DNA of 64,000 nt from Eledone cirrhosa (GCA_964016885.1 OZ024740.1:385330001-385394000); one strand, 5' to 3'; shown: positions 43,510 through 58,200, numbered from the stretch's first letter. Notes: generated from the letters alone by a model not told the origin. Made by a program: numbers and translations.

Positions 43510-45690
43510 CAGATAGAGACATTTAACGTAGAAGAGAACTGGGAGTTCCTAAAAAATAACTTACTAGAGGCGACGGATGAGGTTTGTGGCTGGAGTAAGA
43601 CCTCAAGCAGGAGGAGAGTGACTTGGTGGTGGAACAATAAGGTAGATGAAGCAGTCAAGGCCAAGAGACAGGCATGGAAAGAATGGAAGAACGGGGGGAG
43701 CAGGGTACATTACATAGAGACCAAGAGGGAAGCTAGGCGACAAGTATACTTAGCTAGGAGGGAAGCAGAGGATAGAAAATTCAAGCATGTTTTACAACGT
43801 GAGGACCAGAAACAGGAGGTATTCAAGATTGCGAGGCAGTGTGTCAGAGATAGTTGTGATGTCATTGGAGAGAAGTGTATCCGGAATGATAAAGGTGAGC
43901 TTGCCCTCACAAGTGCTGAGAAGAAAGATGCATGGAAGAGTCATTATGATAGATTACTAAATGAGGAGAATGCATGGGAAGAAGAGACCCTACCCCACGT
44001 AGACCCTATAGAGGGACCAGCAGTACAAGTCAGCGGCAGCGTAGTAAGTAAGGCAATCAGAGATATGAAGATAGGGAAGGCAACCGGTCCATCGGGTATA
44101 GCTGCCGAGATGCTGAAGGCATCTGGGTCTGTAGGTCACACTATAACCACACGTATCGTTAACCAGGTAATACTAGAGGGGGCCATACCAAAAGATTGGT
44201 GCAGTAGCATCATTGTCAACTGCTACAAAGGTAAAGGCGATGCACTAGATAGAGGAAACTATAGAGGTATAAAGTTGATGGACCAGGTCATGAAAGTAAC
44301 AGAAAGAGTTATAGCACAGCTGATTAGGGACCGGGTGAATATAGACGAGATGCAATTTGGGTTTGTTCCAGGGAAAGGCACCACTGATGCGCTCTTCCTT
44401 GTGAGGCAATTACAGGAAAAGTACCTAGCTAAAAGTAAGCCACTCTACTTGGCATTTGTCGACCTTGAGAAAGCCTTTGACAGAGTTCCACGTGCAGTAA
44501 TCTGGTGGGCTCTTAGAAAACTAGGAGTAGATGAATGGCTTGTGAAAGCGGTACAAGCCATGTATAGGGGAGCAGTCAGCAAAGTTAGGATTGGCAATGA
44601 GTATAGCGAGGAATTTAGCGTACAGGTTGGGGTCCACCAGGGCTCTGTTCTTAGCCCTCTCCTGTTCATCATAGTCCTGCAGGCAATAACGGAGGAGTTT
44701 AAGACCGGATGCCCATGGGAACTCCTGTATGCTGATGACCTCGCACTCATAGCTGAATCTATGGTAGAACTAGAGAATAAATTCCAAACCTGGAAGCAGG
44801 GACTAGAGAGAAAGGGTCTCAAAGTCAACATGACAAAGACTAAGGTCCTTATAAGTAGACGAGAAAACAGAACCCAGATCCCCTCAGGGAAATGGCCTTG
44901 CTCAGTATGTAGGAAAGGTGTAGGTAGGAACTCCATTCTTTGCCCCAAATGCAAACAATGGGTACACAAGAGATGTAGCGGGATCTCAGGAAGCTTAATT
45001 AAGAATGTAGGATTCACATGCAGCAGCTGTGCTGAAACAGCAAGCAAACAGCCACAGGAAACAAGTACCACCAATCTCTGGGAGGGCCCTGTAGAAACAG
45101 TAGACAGCTTCTGCTACCTAGGTGACCGAATTAGCAACGGAGGTGGGTGCTCAGAAAGTACAATAACTAGGGTAAGAACGGGATGGAAGAAGTTTAGGGA
45201 ACTACTACCACTGCTAGCTGCAAAAGGCTTCTCCCTCAGAATGAAAGGCAGACTGTATGATGCGTGTATCCGAACAGCGATGTTGCATGGTAGTGAGACC
45301 TGGGCGCTGAAGGTGGAAGACTTACGTAGATTAGAGAGAAACGAAGCCTGCATGCTCCGATGGATGTGTAACAGTAATATACGTGAACGACAAAGCATAA
45401 ATGAATTGAGAGAGAGACTGAGCATAAGAGGAATCAAATGCTGCGTGCAGGAGAGGCGGTTACGCTGGTATGGACATGTGATGCGTATGAAGGATGACAG
45501 CTGCATAAAAAGGTGCAGAGCACTAGAAGTTGATGGAAACCGCGGAGTGGGGAGACCCAAGATGACTTGGGATGAGGTGATAAGAGCCGACCTTACCCAA
45601 CTACACCTCTCAAAGTCAATGACACACGACCGTGACTTCTGGCGTCACGCAGTAATACAGGGTACCCGACCTCCCATGGGTACATGCTGA
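43510..45690 (+). CDS. RTE reverse transcriptase ORF (partial, no native start) with C4HC3 PHD-type finger after the RT core
   Basis: [83 protein letters not shown] (44899-45030), [10 protein letters not shown]. Confidence 0.93.
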   Translation, partial: QIETFNVEENWEFLKNNLLEATDEVCGWSKTSSRRRVTWWWNNKVDEAVKAKRQAWKEWKNGGSRVHYIETKREARRQVYLARREAEDRKFKHVLQREDQKQEVFKIARQCVRDSCDVIGEKCIRNDKGELALTSAEKKDAWKSHYDRLLNEENAWEEETLPHVDPIEGPAVQVSGSVVSKAIRDMKIGKATGPSGIAAEMLKASGSVGHTITTRIVNQVILEGAIPKDWCSSIIVNCYKGKGDALDRGNYRGIKLMDQVMKVTERVIAQLIRDRVNIDEMQFGFVPGKGTTDALFLVRQLQEKYLAKSKPLYLAFVDLEKAFDRVPRAVIWWALRKLGVDEWLVKAVQAMYRGAVSKVRIGNEYSEEFSVQVGVHQGSVLSPLLFIIVLQAITEEFKTGCPWELLYADDLALIAESMVELENKFQTWKQGLERKGLKVNMTKTKVLISRRENRTQIPSGKWPCSVCRKGVGRNSILCPKCKQWVHKRCSGISGSLIKNVGFTCSSCAETASKQPQETSTTNLWEGPVETVDSFCYLGDRISNGGGCSESTITRVRTGWKKFRELLPLLAAKGFSLRMKGRLYDACIRTAMLHGSETWALKVEDLRRLERNEACMLRWMCNSNIRERQSINELRERLSIRGIKCCVQERRLRWYGHVMRMKDDSCIKRCRALEVDGNRGVGRPKMTWDEVIRADLTQLHLSKSMTHDRDFWRHAVIQGTRPPMGTC

Positions 45691-45991
45691 AGCATATAAA
45701 CAATATGCCCCCCCCCCCCCCACCGCAAGGTGGTCGTGGAGGTGCCACGGCAAAAAAGCACCCAGCCCACACTGTAAAGTGGACGTGTAGGCGCCACGAA
45801 AAAGCACCCAGCACTCACTGTAAATGAGGTTGGTGTTAGGAAGGGCATCCAGCTGTAGAAATCAAGCCAGATCAGTTCCTGTATGAGCAAGGCATGGTCA
45901 GCCGACCAGACACTGCCCACAACAGGACAACCCGTCTAACCCATGCTAGCGTGGAAGAACGGACGTAAAACGGTGATGATGATGATGATGA
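43510..45991 (+). mobile_element. RTE-clade LINE, 5'-truncated (endonuclease missing), young
   Basis: Uninterrupted frame 43510-45690, about 300-bp 3'UTR, (GAT)n tail. Confidence 0.95.
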
Positions 45992-46021
45992 CACATATAC
46001 ATATATTGACATATACATATA

Positions 46022-46225
46022 TTGACATTGCACTCAGTGCTCCTTTGGGAGCCCCTACATGGACACACTGGAAGAGGAAGACCAAGGTTAACATATGTTG
46101 ATGCCCTAAGGACAGACACTGGTCTGTTGGAGACGCAGGACATGGCAGCGATAATGAGGGACAGAGACCGCTGGAGAGAACTCGTCCATGGATCTCGGGA
46201 ATTTTACCCGCCTTAGATGTAGAGA
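46022..46225 (+). mobile_element. 3' ORF fragment of a different RTE-group LINE
   Basis: [24 protein letters not shown]...[11 protein letters not shown]: RTE-group C-terminal GRP...DR..WR signature. Confidence 0.75.
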
Positions 46226-46226
46226 C

Positions 46227-46257
<31 letters not shown>

Positions 46258-46272
46258 TATATATATATATAT

Positions 46273-46341
<69 letters not shown>

Positions 46342-46789
46342 CATACATACATATATATACATACATATATATGTGCGTGTAATTGTTGATATAGATTACA
46401 GTAATTATCTGCTAGCAATCATTAATTGATTTTAATCCTATTCCTGATACTGGATTAATCTCAGTCACCTTGCTATTTAAGATTTCTAATGCATCTGACA
46501 TATATGTGTGCTTTGTTTATATAATGAGTCATTTTATTTTGACTTTTTAAACTTGACCCTTGATTATTTTTCTCTTGAATAAATAAGAGAAGGAATACAG
46601 GTTGTTTTAGGAAAAGTAATTTAGATTTAGCCATTTTTCAATGAATTTGATTTACATGAAATTTAGAGTTACACAAATACATATATATGTATACACATGC
46701 ACACACACTGTCACACAAACACACACACTCACTCTCTCTCTCTGAGATTCTCTAGAATGAAGCCTACAGATGCCTTACACTGATGTACC

Positions 46790-47990
46790 ATGTAATGAAA
46801 GTAACAGAAAGAGTTCTAGCACAACTGAATAGGAACAGAATTAGCTTAGAGTTGTTGATGACTGAGCACCACTGATGTTCTTTTAATTAAGACAACTACA
46901 GAGGTTTTTAAGAAACATACACTGATCTGGATAAGACCCTTCGCAAGGTAACCCACTCTGTAGTCTTGTTGTCTCTAAGAAAATGTAGAAATAAATGATC
47001 TGTGAGAGCTGTTCATACGATATACAGAGATGCTAACAGCAATTAGCTTTAGTGAAGAATTTAGCATGTGTAGGTCATCAGGACTCACTTCTAACCTCAG
47101 CTTTTTGTTATAATTTATAGTTTTCCAGGCTATAACAGAGGATTTTATAATCTGATATCCATGGAAAATCATGCATGCCAATGAACTAGTTCTTATAATT
47201 GAATCTTTCACAGGTTTAGAGAAAAAATTCCAAATGTTGATGCAAAATCTAGAATTGAGAAAGTAAGCCTAACAAAGACAAAAGTTTTAGTTTGCAGGAG
47301 AGGAAATACAGGTATCTCCTGTCATTTGAGAAGTGACCATTCTTGATATGTAGAAGAGGAAATGGTAGAAATTTCATATGATGTAGGTACCTAATGTCAA
47401 CTACAGGTGTACAAGAAGTACACTGAGATCACAGGCCGGTTGACAGAAGAAAATCTTCATATGTAGCAGATGTACATGAGTAGTTAGTGCTAAGAATACC
47501 TGTGAAATAAATTCTTTCAAATGCTAGGTGATTTGAAAGAATTTCTAAATGTAGTTGATGACCTAAGGTAACAGAAAAGATGGCAGATTGTATAATGTAA
47601 TGTTGTATAGTATCAAAATGTGGGCATCAGATCCAGAGGATTTGCAAGGACGGGAAGGAAATGAAGTAAGCGTACTTCATTGTAGGAGTTAATGTGAATG
47701 AATGACATAGCACAAATGGACTGAGAAAAATACTGGTATAAAAGGAATCAAATGTAGGATAGCTAGAGAGAAAACCGATATGTCTATGGATGTATAAAGG
47801 ATGATAGTTCAGTAGAGAAGTGCCGAATGAACCAAGTTGAAGAAGACATGGAGGGGGATAACGTTCTGACCTCAAGAGGCTGAACTGCATGAAGATGATA
47901 ATAAGTGGTGAAACACTGTGCTGGAAAGATATATCCAACCCCTGTGTATATAGAAAAAGAGCCATAAACATAATTATGACAATGATGATA
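46790..47990 (+). pseudogene. Heavily decayed older RTE copy
   Basis: ATGAAAGTAACAGAAAGAGTT.TAGCACA.CTGA, GCACCACTGATG, ACAAAGACAAAAGTT, AGGAATCAAATG, colinear with 44290-45690; many stops and indels. Confidence 0.75.
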
Positions 47991-50863
47991 TATATTTCTT
48001 TTCTAACATTTCTATCTATGTTTCTACTTTTGATGAGGATAATTTCTTTGGTTTCAGAAAGTGAGTTAAGCAAAAAAAGGAACTACTATTGTTATTTTAG
48101 TATTCACCATTACACTAGTGGGCTATCTTAATTTCTCCATCTTAGAAACTTAAATTTAAGGAGGTGCCTAAAGTGGGAGAAATATGCAAAGAGTCATATA
48201 CTAATTTCAAGTGAGAAGAAGCCTGAAGAAATAATGTATTATTGTTATTCTATTGTATGTAATAGTTTTATCTTCATTTATATATGGCGCATGTATTTCA
48301 GAGTTTACAGCAATTTTTCTCTCACCCTACTTATATCTTTTGTTTACTATTTCCACTACGAGTTCAAACTCATTTAGATAGACTTTTATCTTATTCCAAC
48401 TACTTTAACAATAGCCTCAATATATGGCATCTCAAATAACAACACACTTGTTAAACATTTCTCTTAAAGTCAGCTAAATTAAACTGGTGCACTGGAGACA
48501 ATGGCGGTGGGGACAGCAATAGTAGTGAAACCCATAAACCATTGAGCTGTAAGGAAAAATCACTAGAGACTTTTAAAGTATTCTTGTAATGTAATATCTA
48601 CAACAGTTTAGTTAAGTACAGACCACACCTCTAAGCTGTATCCACCATTTCATTTTTAATCAATTTGAAATTTAGTTATCTCCCTTGCTTTTGACAACAA
48701 CTATTATCAATGCTAATCTTTTTCTTATTCTTTTCATTACACATTACAGGTATAATTCCCCTGATTAAACGTATTTTGGCTCTCAACATTGAGTATGTTA
48801 ACTCACACTTAAGCATATATCTGCAGGAATAATTGAATTATGTTAACAAAACACTTATCAATTTAATAGTGTTACTACTAATTATAACTGATTTGTTATA
48901 ATTATATACTGTGGTACCTACATAATGCTCATAAGACCTGAGCCATTTGAGAGTTAAATGTATTAGCAGACTTAGTCACTGTTGTGGCAATTAGAGGAAA
49001 CTGCTGACTTTGTTAGGTTTAATTTTTTCTTTTAAATTTTATATCACACAATTAGTGAACTATAGCATCATTCATTAAAGGTTTCCAATGGACCAATCAT
49101 TACATTTCTAACAGCAAGAATGACAAGGGATTGTTTGTAACTCATTGTGGAACAAAATATAAAGACAAGCCAGGTAGGAGTGAACATTTGATTAGATTAA
49201 TCCTGGTACTTGACTGGTAATTTACTCATCAGTCACAGAAGGATAAAAGGCAAAGTTAGCCATGACAGTTTTGAACTCAAAATTTAAAGTACATCAGATA
49301 AATAACTTGTATTTTTCTGACGTCAATCTACTGTTCTAAGAGGTAGATAAAATATTGCAAGAAACTTTGTAAAGCACTGAATTTTGGTTTATTGGTATTC
49401 CTATACTTTGCTGATATACATTAGTGAATGATATGTAATATATGAGGAACCTCCACATAATTATCCCTCTACCAATTCCATTGGCACAATGCTTCAAAAG
49501 CTGGAGTTATTAGCCATACAGGTCTCTAAGGCCTGTGAAAGCCCTATCTAGGAACTTGTATACTTGTATCTACCCTCTATTTAATATGTACATTATGATA
49601 AGTAGATAACATTATAACCATATTAAATTAGGACAACAATACTACTACAACAGACAGAACCATCTACAAACTATTTTACACTTTTCTTCAGTATCACATT
49701 GAACATGCTTGAAAGAAATGTCTTTTAATTGGGAAGGGCAGACAGGTTTCCTTTGTCTTAAGACTATAAGAGAGGTTGTGTGGTGAAGCAACTGAAAAGA
49801 CTGGGAGCAGACAGGTACTTTCACTCCATCCCCCCCCCTGAATGTTTCAAATTTCTCTTGAATGCGGTACTGTCCTTCAGTAATTGTAATGAGATGTGAG
49901 TGTGGATGATGAGCATGGTCTGAGTTAATGGGTCTCCATTTGGCATGCTTCTGCAAGTCAGGGAATACAACAGAGAAAGGGTACTTACACTTGGAAATCA
50001 GTGTAATCCTGGATTTTGTTTGGGAAGCAGCAGTCCTCCTTTGGGATGACTCAATCACACATTTGTATTCTGTATATATCATTTTCCTTTCTTTTTTTTT
50101 TCCATTCATCTGATTTTAATACAAACACCCACACTTGTTGTGAACTGTACTTCCCTCATCTCTTACCTTTATGGCAATAAAACTAAAAATCATCATTATT
50201 ATTATTCTAATTATCATCATCAACATTATTATTTTTCTAATTATCATTATTATTATTTCTATCGCGATAGAGGTAATCTTCTATAACATCCATTTGGATT
50301 CCCAGTTTAAGCCAATTAACTCCACTTATGTTCCTTAATGGCCTTCCCTATAAATGTGTGACCTTATGCCTATAATATTTGTTGTTGTTGTTATTATCAT
50401 CATCATAACCACCACCACCACCATTATTCCATTATATTTACCATTGTTATAATTATTATTAAGCTTATTATTATTATCATTATTAAAAATATAACTGATG
50501 ATGTAAATGTTTGATATTGCTACATAACATGTAATGCTTATTAATGTCCCAGTTATTTCGGCATCAATGATAGCTAGCTATTCAGGTGATTCCATTAACA
50601 ATCATATTGATCACGTGGAAAAACAATCAGAAAAGCCAGCCATGTATTTTCATACTGGAAAGTAAAACTTTACATGATATTTCAATATATTTATCTCTCA
50701 AATTTATATTAATTTAGTTTGTTTTGTAAGGGGGAGAGGGAGGTTGTTGGTTTTATTTACTAATATTTGGGTTTTCTTTTATCAACATAATCAACATAGA
50801 AAGGGAACAAAGAAATATGTGTATATAGTCAACATTGTAGAGATATATATGCGTAGTCAACAT

Positions 50864-50923
50864 TTATATATATATATATCCAGCAACATTTATATATAAT
50901 GCTGGCTGTGTGTGTGGTGTGTG

Positions 50924-50983
<60 letters not shown>

Positions 50984-52320
50984 GCCACCATTATATGTGT
51001 ATATAATGAAAATATATAAGTATATAAATGTATATACGTATATGTATATGAATGTATGTACGTATATATATAAATTTATGTACGTATATATATATACGTG
51101 TATATATAATATATATGTATATATATATATATAAATGTATGTATGTATATATATATATATAAATGTATGTATGTATATATATATAAATGTATGTATGTAT
51201 ATATATATATAAATGTATGTATGTATATATATATATAAATGTATGTATGTATATATATATATATATAAATGTATGTATGTATATATATATATATATAAAT
51301 GTATGTATGTATGTATATATATATATAAATGTATGTATGTATATATATATATAAATGTATATATGTATATATATATATAAATGTATATATGTATATATAT
51401 ATATAAATGTATATATGTATATATATATATAAATGTATGTATATATATATATAAATGTATGTATGTATATATATAAATGTATGTATGTATATATATAAAT
51501 GTATGTATGTATATATATATAAATGTATGTATATATATATATAAATGTATATATATATATATAAATGTATGTATATATATATAAATGTATATATATATAT
51601 ATATATATAAATGTATGTATGTATATATATATAAATGTATGTATGTATATATATATAAATGTATGTATGTATATATATATAAATGTATGTATGTATATAT
51701 ATATAAATGTATGTATGTATATATAAATGTATGTATGTATATATATATAAATGTATGTATGTATATATATATATAAATGTATGTATGTATATATATATAT
51801 AAATGTATGTATGTATATATATATAAATGTATGTATGTATATATATATAAATGTATGTATGTATGTATATATAAATGTATGTATGTATATATATATAAAT
51901 GTATGTATGTATATATATATATAAATGTATGTATGTGTATATATATAAATGTATGTATGTGTATATATATATAAATGTATGTATATATAAATGTATGTAT
52001 ATACATAAATGTATGTATATACATAAATGTATGTATATACACAAATGTATGTATATACATAAATGTATGTATATACACAAATGTATGTATATACACAAAT
52101 GTATGTATATACATAACTGTATGTATATACACACATGTATCTATATACACACATGTATCTATATATATATATGTGTGTGTGTGTGTATGTATACACACAT
52201 ATGTATGTGTGTATGTATGTATATATATGTGTATGTATGTATATATATATATGTGTATGTATGTATATACACATGTATATTTGTGTGTGTGTACATATAT
52301 ATATATATATATATACTTAC

Positions 52321-52350
<30 letters not shown>
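50864..52350. repeat. (TA)n/(TATG)n array with recurring TAAATGTATGTATG unit
   Basis: Direct reading. Confidence 0.95.
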
Positions 52351-52351
<1 letters not shown>

Positions 52352-53638
52352 TTATTTTGCAAATGAGAGAGAAAAATGAACGATTTATTCCTCCTACTCT
52401 TAAGTAAATGCATGAAATATGCACCTCTAAATGAAACTGGCTCCCCACCTTTACATGAGCACACAATATTTTCATATCAATGGAAGTTATCAGGCAATAT
52501 GGTAAACAGGGAAAGAATAAACGTTTTAAATAGTTAATGCAAGATTGGTTTTGGTGTATTCTATTATATATTTCATGTTTCCGTGTTAATAAGGTTATTT
52601 ATTATTTTATCTATTGGTTATGGAGTAAGTTTGGCGGCTTGATTTATAATGCTGGGTTAATGCGGGAGAAAAGAAATTGTATTTGCGGGGCGAAAATGCT
52701 ATAAATATACCATGGTTTTTATTCTCTCTATATATAATTTCTCTGTGTGTGAGTATGCACACATATATAAATATAAATATATTTTACTTGTTCCATACAG
52801 GGACAAAAATATACATAATAAATTAGATTGATATCATGCTGGTTGATGAGTATTGTTTAGTAATGTACTTCGTAAACTCAATAATGTGCTTATCAAGAAA
52901 GCTTGGTTCTGTGGTATCTTTAGATTAATCTCCTTTTTGTACTGCATCTATCTATCTTTCAATCTTTATGGTCTTCAGTATGTTGCTTGCTTCTAGTTAG
53001 TTTTAGGCTTGGCAACCTTTATAATAAATGGTAAAAAAAAAAAGAATAAACAAACTCCATGTTAGCTGATTGTCTCTTGATATCTTGCCTAGTTTCTAAT
53101 TTGTTAATATATCCATTAAGATCTTGACTTGTATGTGTGTGGTTTGGTGTGGTGGTCTTAATTTGTGATCCTATCCTTATTAATTCTGCTTGGCGAAATG
53201 TTTATCTTTTGAATTTCACATGTCCAACTTCTTTGTTTGCTTGTAATCTAACATCTTAAGTTGTAGAGAAATCCTATTTTCTATCTAATAGTACTAACGA
53301 TGTCTACCCAAATTCAATGATAGTTATTATTTGTGAGTTTGTCACCATCTATGATAACTAGCTATTTCTCTTGTTAGTTTTGTTTTATTCATTTGTTCGT
53401 TTTTTTTATGGATTGGTCAGGGGAGAAAAGAAATGTCCATTACTGAGACTGGTAGGAGAAAGGAAGTTATTCTTAGACCAGAGACCTAGCTTGGATGTTT
53501 GTTAAAGTGGACTCTGCTAAAGAGCCAGGTAGTGGTGTTAAAGTGGACGACAGAACCCCAGGTCATCTGTTATCATGCAGACATGATCAAAAACATTCCA
53601 GCTCTATTTAATTTTTATTTCAGACACATTGCATTTCC

Positions 53639-54231
53639 AACCCTTTCAATAACAACCTGCCTGAGATTGCTTGTGATTTTATTATATAAAACCTCCCATT
53701 TTACATTGTCTATGTTCAAATAATAACCACCCTTCATAATTTCATATAAGAACTGTTTGTCATGTTCTAAATAGAAGTTTAGTAATGAGAAAGCTAGTTA
53801 TATCTCTAAATACATCTAAATTTTTGGATATTATCATAGTTATTTGAAACAGTGTTTTTCATTCGAAATCATTCATTTCATTTCCTGTCATTTTACGTCT
53901 GCTTTTCCCTGCTTGCAAGGGTGAAACGGGAACTGATTCTGGCTTGATTTCTACAGCCCTTCCTAACACCAACCTCATTTACAGTGAGTGCTGGGTGCTT
54001 TTTTGTTGTGGCACCTCCATGACCACTTTGCAGTGGAAGGATATGAACCCCCAGTCCCTATCATCTCATTTCTACAGCTGAGTAAACTGGAGCAATGTGA
54101 AATAAAATGTCTTGCTCAAGCAAACAACACATCACCTGGTCTGAGAATTGAACTCACAACCTTTCGATTGCAAGGCCAATGCTCTAACCACTAAGCCATG
54201 TGCCTCCTCGAAATATGGTAACAAAAGGGTT
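53639..54231. mobile_element. MITE-like element interrupted by a SINE
   Basis: Termini AACCCTTT...AAAGGGTT; homology to 35592-35822 on both sides of the insert. Confidence 0.6.
53870..54207 (-). mobile_element. Full-length tRNA-headed SINE with RTE-derived 3' tail, flanked by 7-bp TSD TCGAAAT
   Basis: Head GGAGGCACATGGCTTAGTGGTTAGAGC...GAGTTCAATTC; tail matches RTE 3'UTR 45720-45880; TCGAAAT at 53863-53869 and 54208-54214. Confidence 0.85.
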
Positions 54232-55847
54232 CAGATGTTAAGAGTTTCATTTGAGGGGTATTTAGTTATTTCTTGCAATCCAAATGACATTGTTGCAACT
54301 CTTGGCTTCCATTGACAATGATAAAGTGTGCTATCATTTTAGGTGTTATTTTGAAGCTTAGAGCACTTTAGCTTCTTTCAAGGTCAGAAGTCTCTGCTAT
54401 GTTGTTGGCATCACAGTTAAATTGATGACAATTAATATCTTACCCTGATTTGTCAGGTTTAAATTGAGTTTTATTTAAATTTTTACTTCTTTCAACCAAT
54501 GTGTTATTGACATACTAGAGCACTGGTATATATCATCATTCTCGTTTTTCATTGACTTTTCCTTGCTGGCAAGGGTTGGATTGAATATTTTGAGATAATG
54601 TTTTACAACTGGATACCCTTTCTGATGCCAACCCTTCTACTCATGTCATTTTTAAAAGTACATGTGCATACATGCATCTGATGTTTTCTGCACAGTTTCT
54701 GTAGACCCAGTGTCTTGAGGCTTTGATCAATCTGTGACTGAAGAAGATTTTTGCAAATGACTATATAGTACAATTTATATTTGAAATACACACTTCTTAA
54801 CTGCATAGCCATGCCTGTGCCCATATAAAGAATAAGTAAAATATTCTTAGATAATGTAATCATCCCAAATTCAGAAAATAACTAGAACTACAGTCAATTA
54901 CTATAAATGATAGCTTAGAAAATTGGGTAAAATACCCCTATGTATGAAAAACGTGGCCAGTATTTGGGATTCCTACACTAAGAATTTTAAAACTACCCAT
55001 CACCCCAATACTTTATATAAAATAGAATACTTTTTAAAATAAGTAATTAAATCTTTGGATCAACTACTGATTGACTCTGTAACATTTCTTAATAATGATT
55101 TGTTTGATTGATGGGATTAGTTGTCTATATTGACACCAGTATTTGACTGCTACCTTATTTTATTATGTATGGGGATAAAGTAAATTTGACCTGTGCAGGA
55201 TTCATGCTTCAAACTTAAACATAACTAAAATACCATTCTACTGATTCTGCCAATCCACCACCCTAACATTTTTTAATACTCATTTTGCTAATAATTTTAA
55301 AATTCTAGATTCCTCCATATTTTCATTTTTGTATATTATCATTAATCTTATTTTTCAAATTATATTATTTTCAAAAGGTGGTAATTTTTTCTTTCCTATT
55401 TTTATTGATATTGTGACATGTAAAATCAATGTCATCCATTAGCTATCAACTTGAATAACTTGCATAAGAGCACATTTCTTTTATATTTCTCAGTCAGTTT
55501 CATAGAAAGGTACTTATTAGTGTCAAACTACATTTTTAGGTGCTGACCTAGAGACATGCACAAATTAATAGGTTGTATTATTTGGCATGTCACTTAAAAT
55601 TTTTTTCATTAGTTTTCCTAAAAGATATAATTCAACTGCTAAACAGTATTAAAGTTATATCTTCCAAAGTTGTTATAAGGATTTTTTTTTCCTTCATTTC
55701 AATTGACATTATATTATAGTTATTTTCTATTCGTCTCTTCTGTAATATATAGCCTTGTCATGAAGTTTTCTGGTGAACATCGAAATATTACAATATTTCT
55801 TGTTCATTATCCCAGCTGTGATGCTTTTTAGATAATTTTTTTTTAAT

Positions 55848-57055
55848 GACAGTGCAGTTGCAGAATTGATACAGCACCACACAAAATATGTTGCTATATT
55901 TAGTCATGTCACTTAACACTCTGAGTCCAAATACCACTGGGATTTTGGCCTTTCAAACTTCAAGGGTCTTATAATAAAATGCCAGTCAAGAACTGGAGTT
56001 GATATACCAAATGTGTGGCCTTGTAACTATGTTAGAAATTATCATTATTGGCAGTATCGGTAAAGAGTCGGACACCATGCTTTGAAGCATAGAGTTACGT
56101 CCCTTTACGGTCTGAGTTCAAATCCCGCCGAGGTTAACTTTGCCTTTCATCCTTACGGGGGTCGATAAAATAAAGTACCAGTAATACACTGGGTAATTGC
56201 TGGCCTTGTGCCAAAAGTAGAAACAATTATTATTAGGTTGGTGGATTGGCAGTATTGGTAGTGTCGAATAAAATGCTTTGTGGTATTTAGTTACAACTTT
56301 CTTGTTCTGAGTTAAAATCCCGTCAAGGTTAACTTTGCTTTCATCCTTCTAGAGTCATTAAAATAAAGTACCAATTAAGTACTACTGGGTCAATATAATC
56401 AACTTATCTGCATCCCCCAGATTGCTGTTACTTGTGCCAATGTTACAAAAAATTATTATTTATTGTAAGGGAAGTGGATTGGTAGAGTCATTAGAGCATC
56501 AGATGGAATGCTTTTCTTTTTCAGTATTCATTCTGGCTGTCTGCAGTCTTGTGTTCAAATCCTACCAAGGCCAACTTTGCTTTTCATCCCTTTGGGATCG
56601 AAATTAATGGAGTTAGTATAATCCACTTTCCCATACCCCCAAAATTACTGGCTTTGTGCCTAAAGTAGAAACAATTATTATTACTATTATGGAGCTGGGT
56701 GTAAAACTGGTAGAACATTGGACTAAATGCTTTGGAATATATAGTTTTATTCTTTACATAAATGTTTCAAGAACCAGTTCACCTTTTATTTTTGCAGCAT
56801 TGATAAGATAAGTACTGGGACCATTTAAGAGGATTATACTTCACCACAAAGTTTGTTAGTTTGTTGTGATAATATAAATTATAATTATTAAAACAGAAAC
56901 ATTTGAGCATTTAAGTGCTGGACTAAATGTCATGTGCTATCTAATATGTATTTATGATCCCAGGGGAACTGATTCTAAGCATAATTCATGTTAGAAGTCA
57001 ATTTAATCAACTATGCCCCTCAGTTAAACATTTAAGACTTTGTTCATTGTTACAA
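55848..57055 (+). mobile_element. Head-to-tail array of 5-6 tRNA-headed SINE copies of differing decay
   Basis: Units start at about 55848, 56048, 56234, 56468, 56690 (and possibly 56891); most end GCCTTGTGCC...AGAAACAATTATTATT-like. Confidence 0.8.
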
Positions 57056-57719
57056 CAAAAGGACATGTTGTTTTAAAAATACCCATAATTTTTACAAACC
57101 ATGGTATTTGTTTTCTAACTTAGGCTAGTTAGGAACATGAAATCAACACTCATAAGAAAGAGAGGGTTGGGTGTGTTTATTTGTAAAGTTCTTAACTGTT
57201 TTCTTAATAAGCCATATAATTATTTCATTACTCTGAAAGTCTCATTTTTTTTTTTTTAGATCTTCTAAATATTTATTGCTTATCCAAAAAACTATGATTT
57301 CTAGATTTCCTGACTGAACATTATTGCTGTTGTTTATTATCATATACATGTCTTTTATGAGAAAACTGATATAACAAACAGTAAAAGTGAGTGTGGCCTA
57401 AAATATATTACCAATTTGTGTGTTAACACTTGGTATTGAACCTCATAAAATATAAAATGCTGCATTTTATAGCATCAAGAAGAAGCATTTATAAATGAAG
57501 CCATGCTGGTATTGACTTGTTTGAATTTGGTGAATTCAGGCATCGTGTTTTGTAGTTGTGGTTGATTATAATCTTATTGGGAATTCAAAAGACATGATCT
57601 CTGTACAGAAATCCAAATTGGTGATTTGAATGGAATACTTTTTTTACATATTATACACACTCATATATTATAATATATACACATCATATACACACACATT
57701 ATATATATATAAATATTCA

Positions 57720-57870
<151 letters not shown>

Positions 57871-58039
57871 CAGCATCATTTTGCATCTGCTTGTCCGCGT
57901 TTGCTTGGGTTCGACAAGTTCTTATCAGAACAGCATCTTTCCAGATGTAGTTTTATTTTTTTGCCTTTTCCTATTTGAGTTTCAGCGATTTGAGATCAGC
58001 TCTCAGATCAGCTCTCACTACATCTGCCAGAATCTTCCT

Positions 58040-58200
58040 TGGCTAGAGAGAAATGAGGCAAGCATACTTTGATGGATGCGCAATAATAATGTGCAAGAAT
58101 GACGAAACAAGTATGAACTGAGAGAGGTTGAAGTCTCGAAGAAGATATGATTAGGCCTTTTTAAGGCAAATCTTAAAATTTGTCCTCATGATTTGCGAGA
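58040..58200 (+). pseudogene. Decayed RTE ORF 3' fragment
   Basis: LERNEASIL*WMRNNNVQE matches [19 protein letters not shown]. Confidence 0.65.

Noticed and set aside
52400-53430. T-rich unique stretch, possibly a decayed minus-strand retroelement
   Set aside because: No convincing motif could be recovered by eye.
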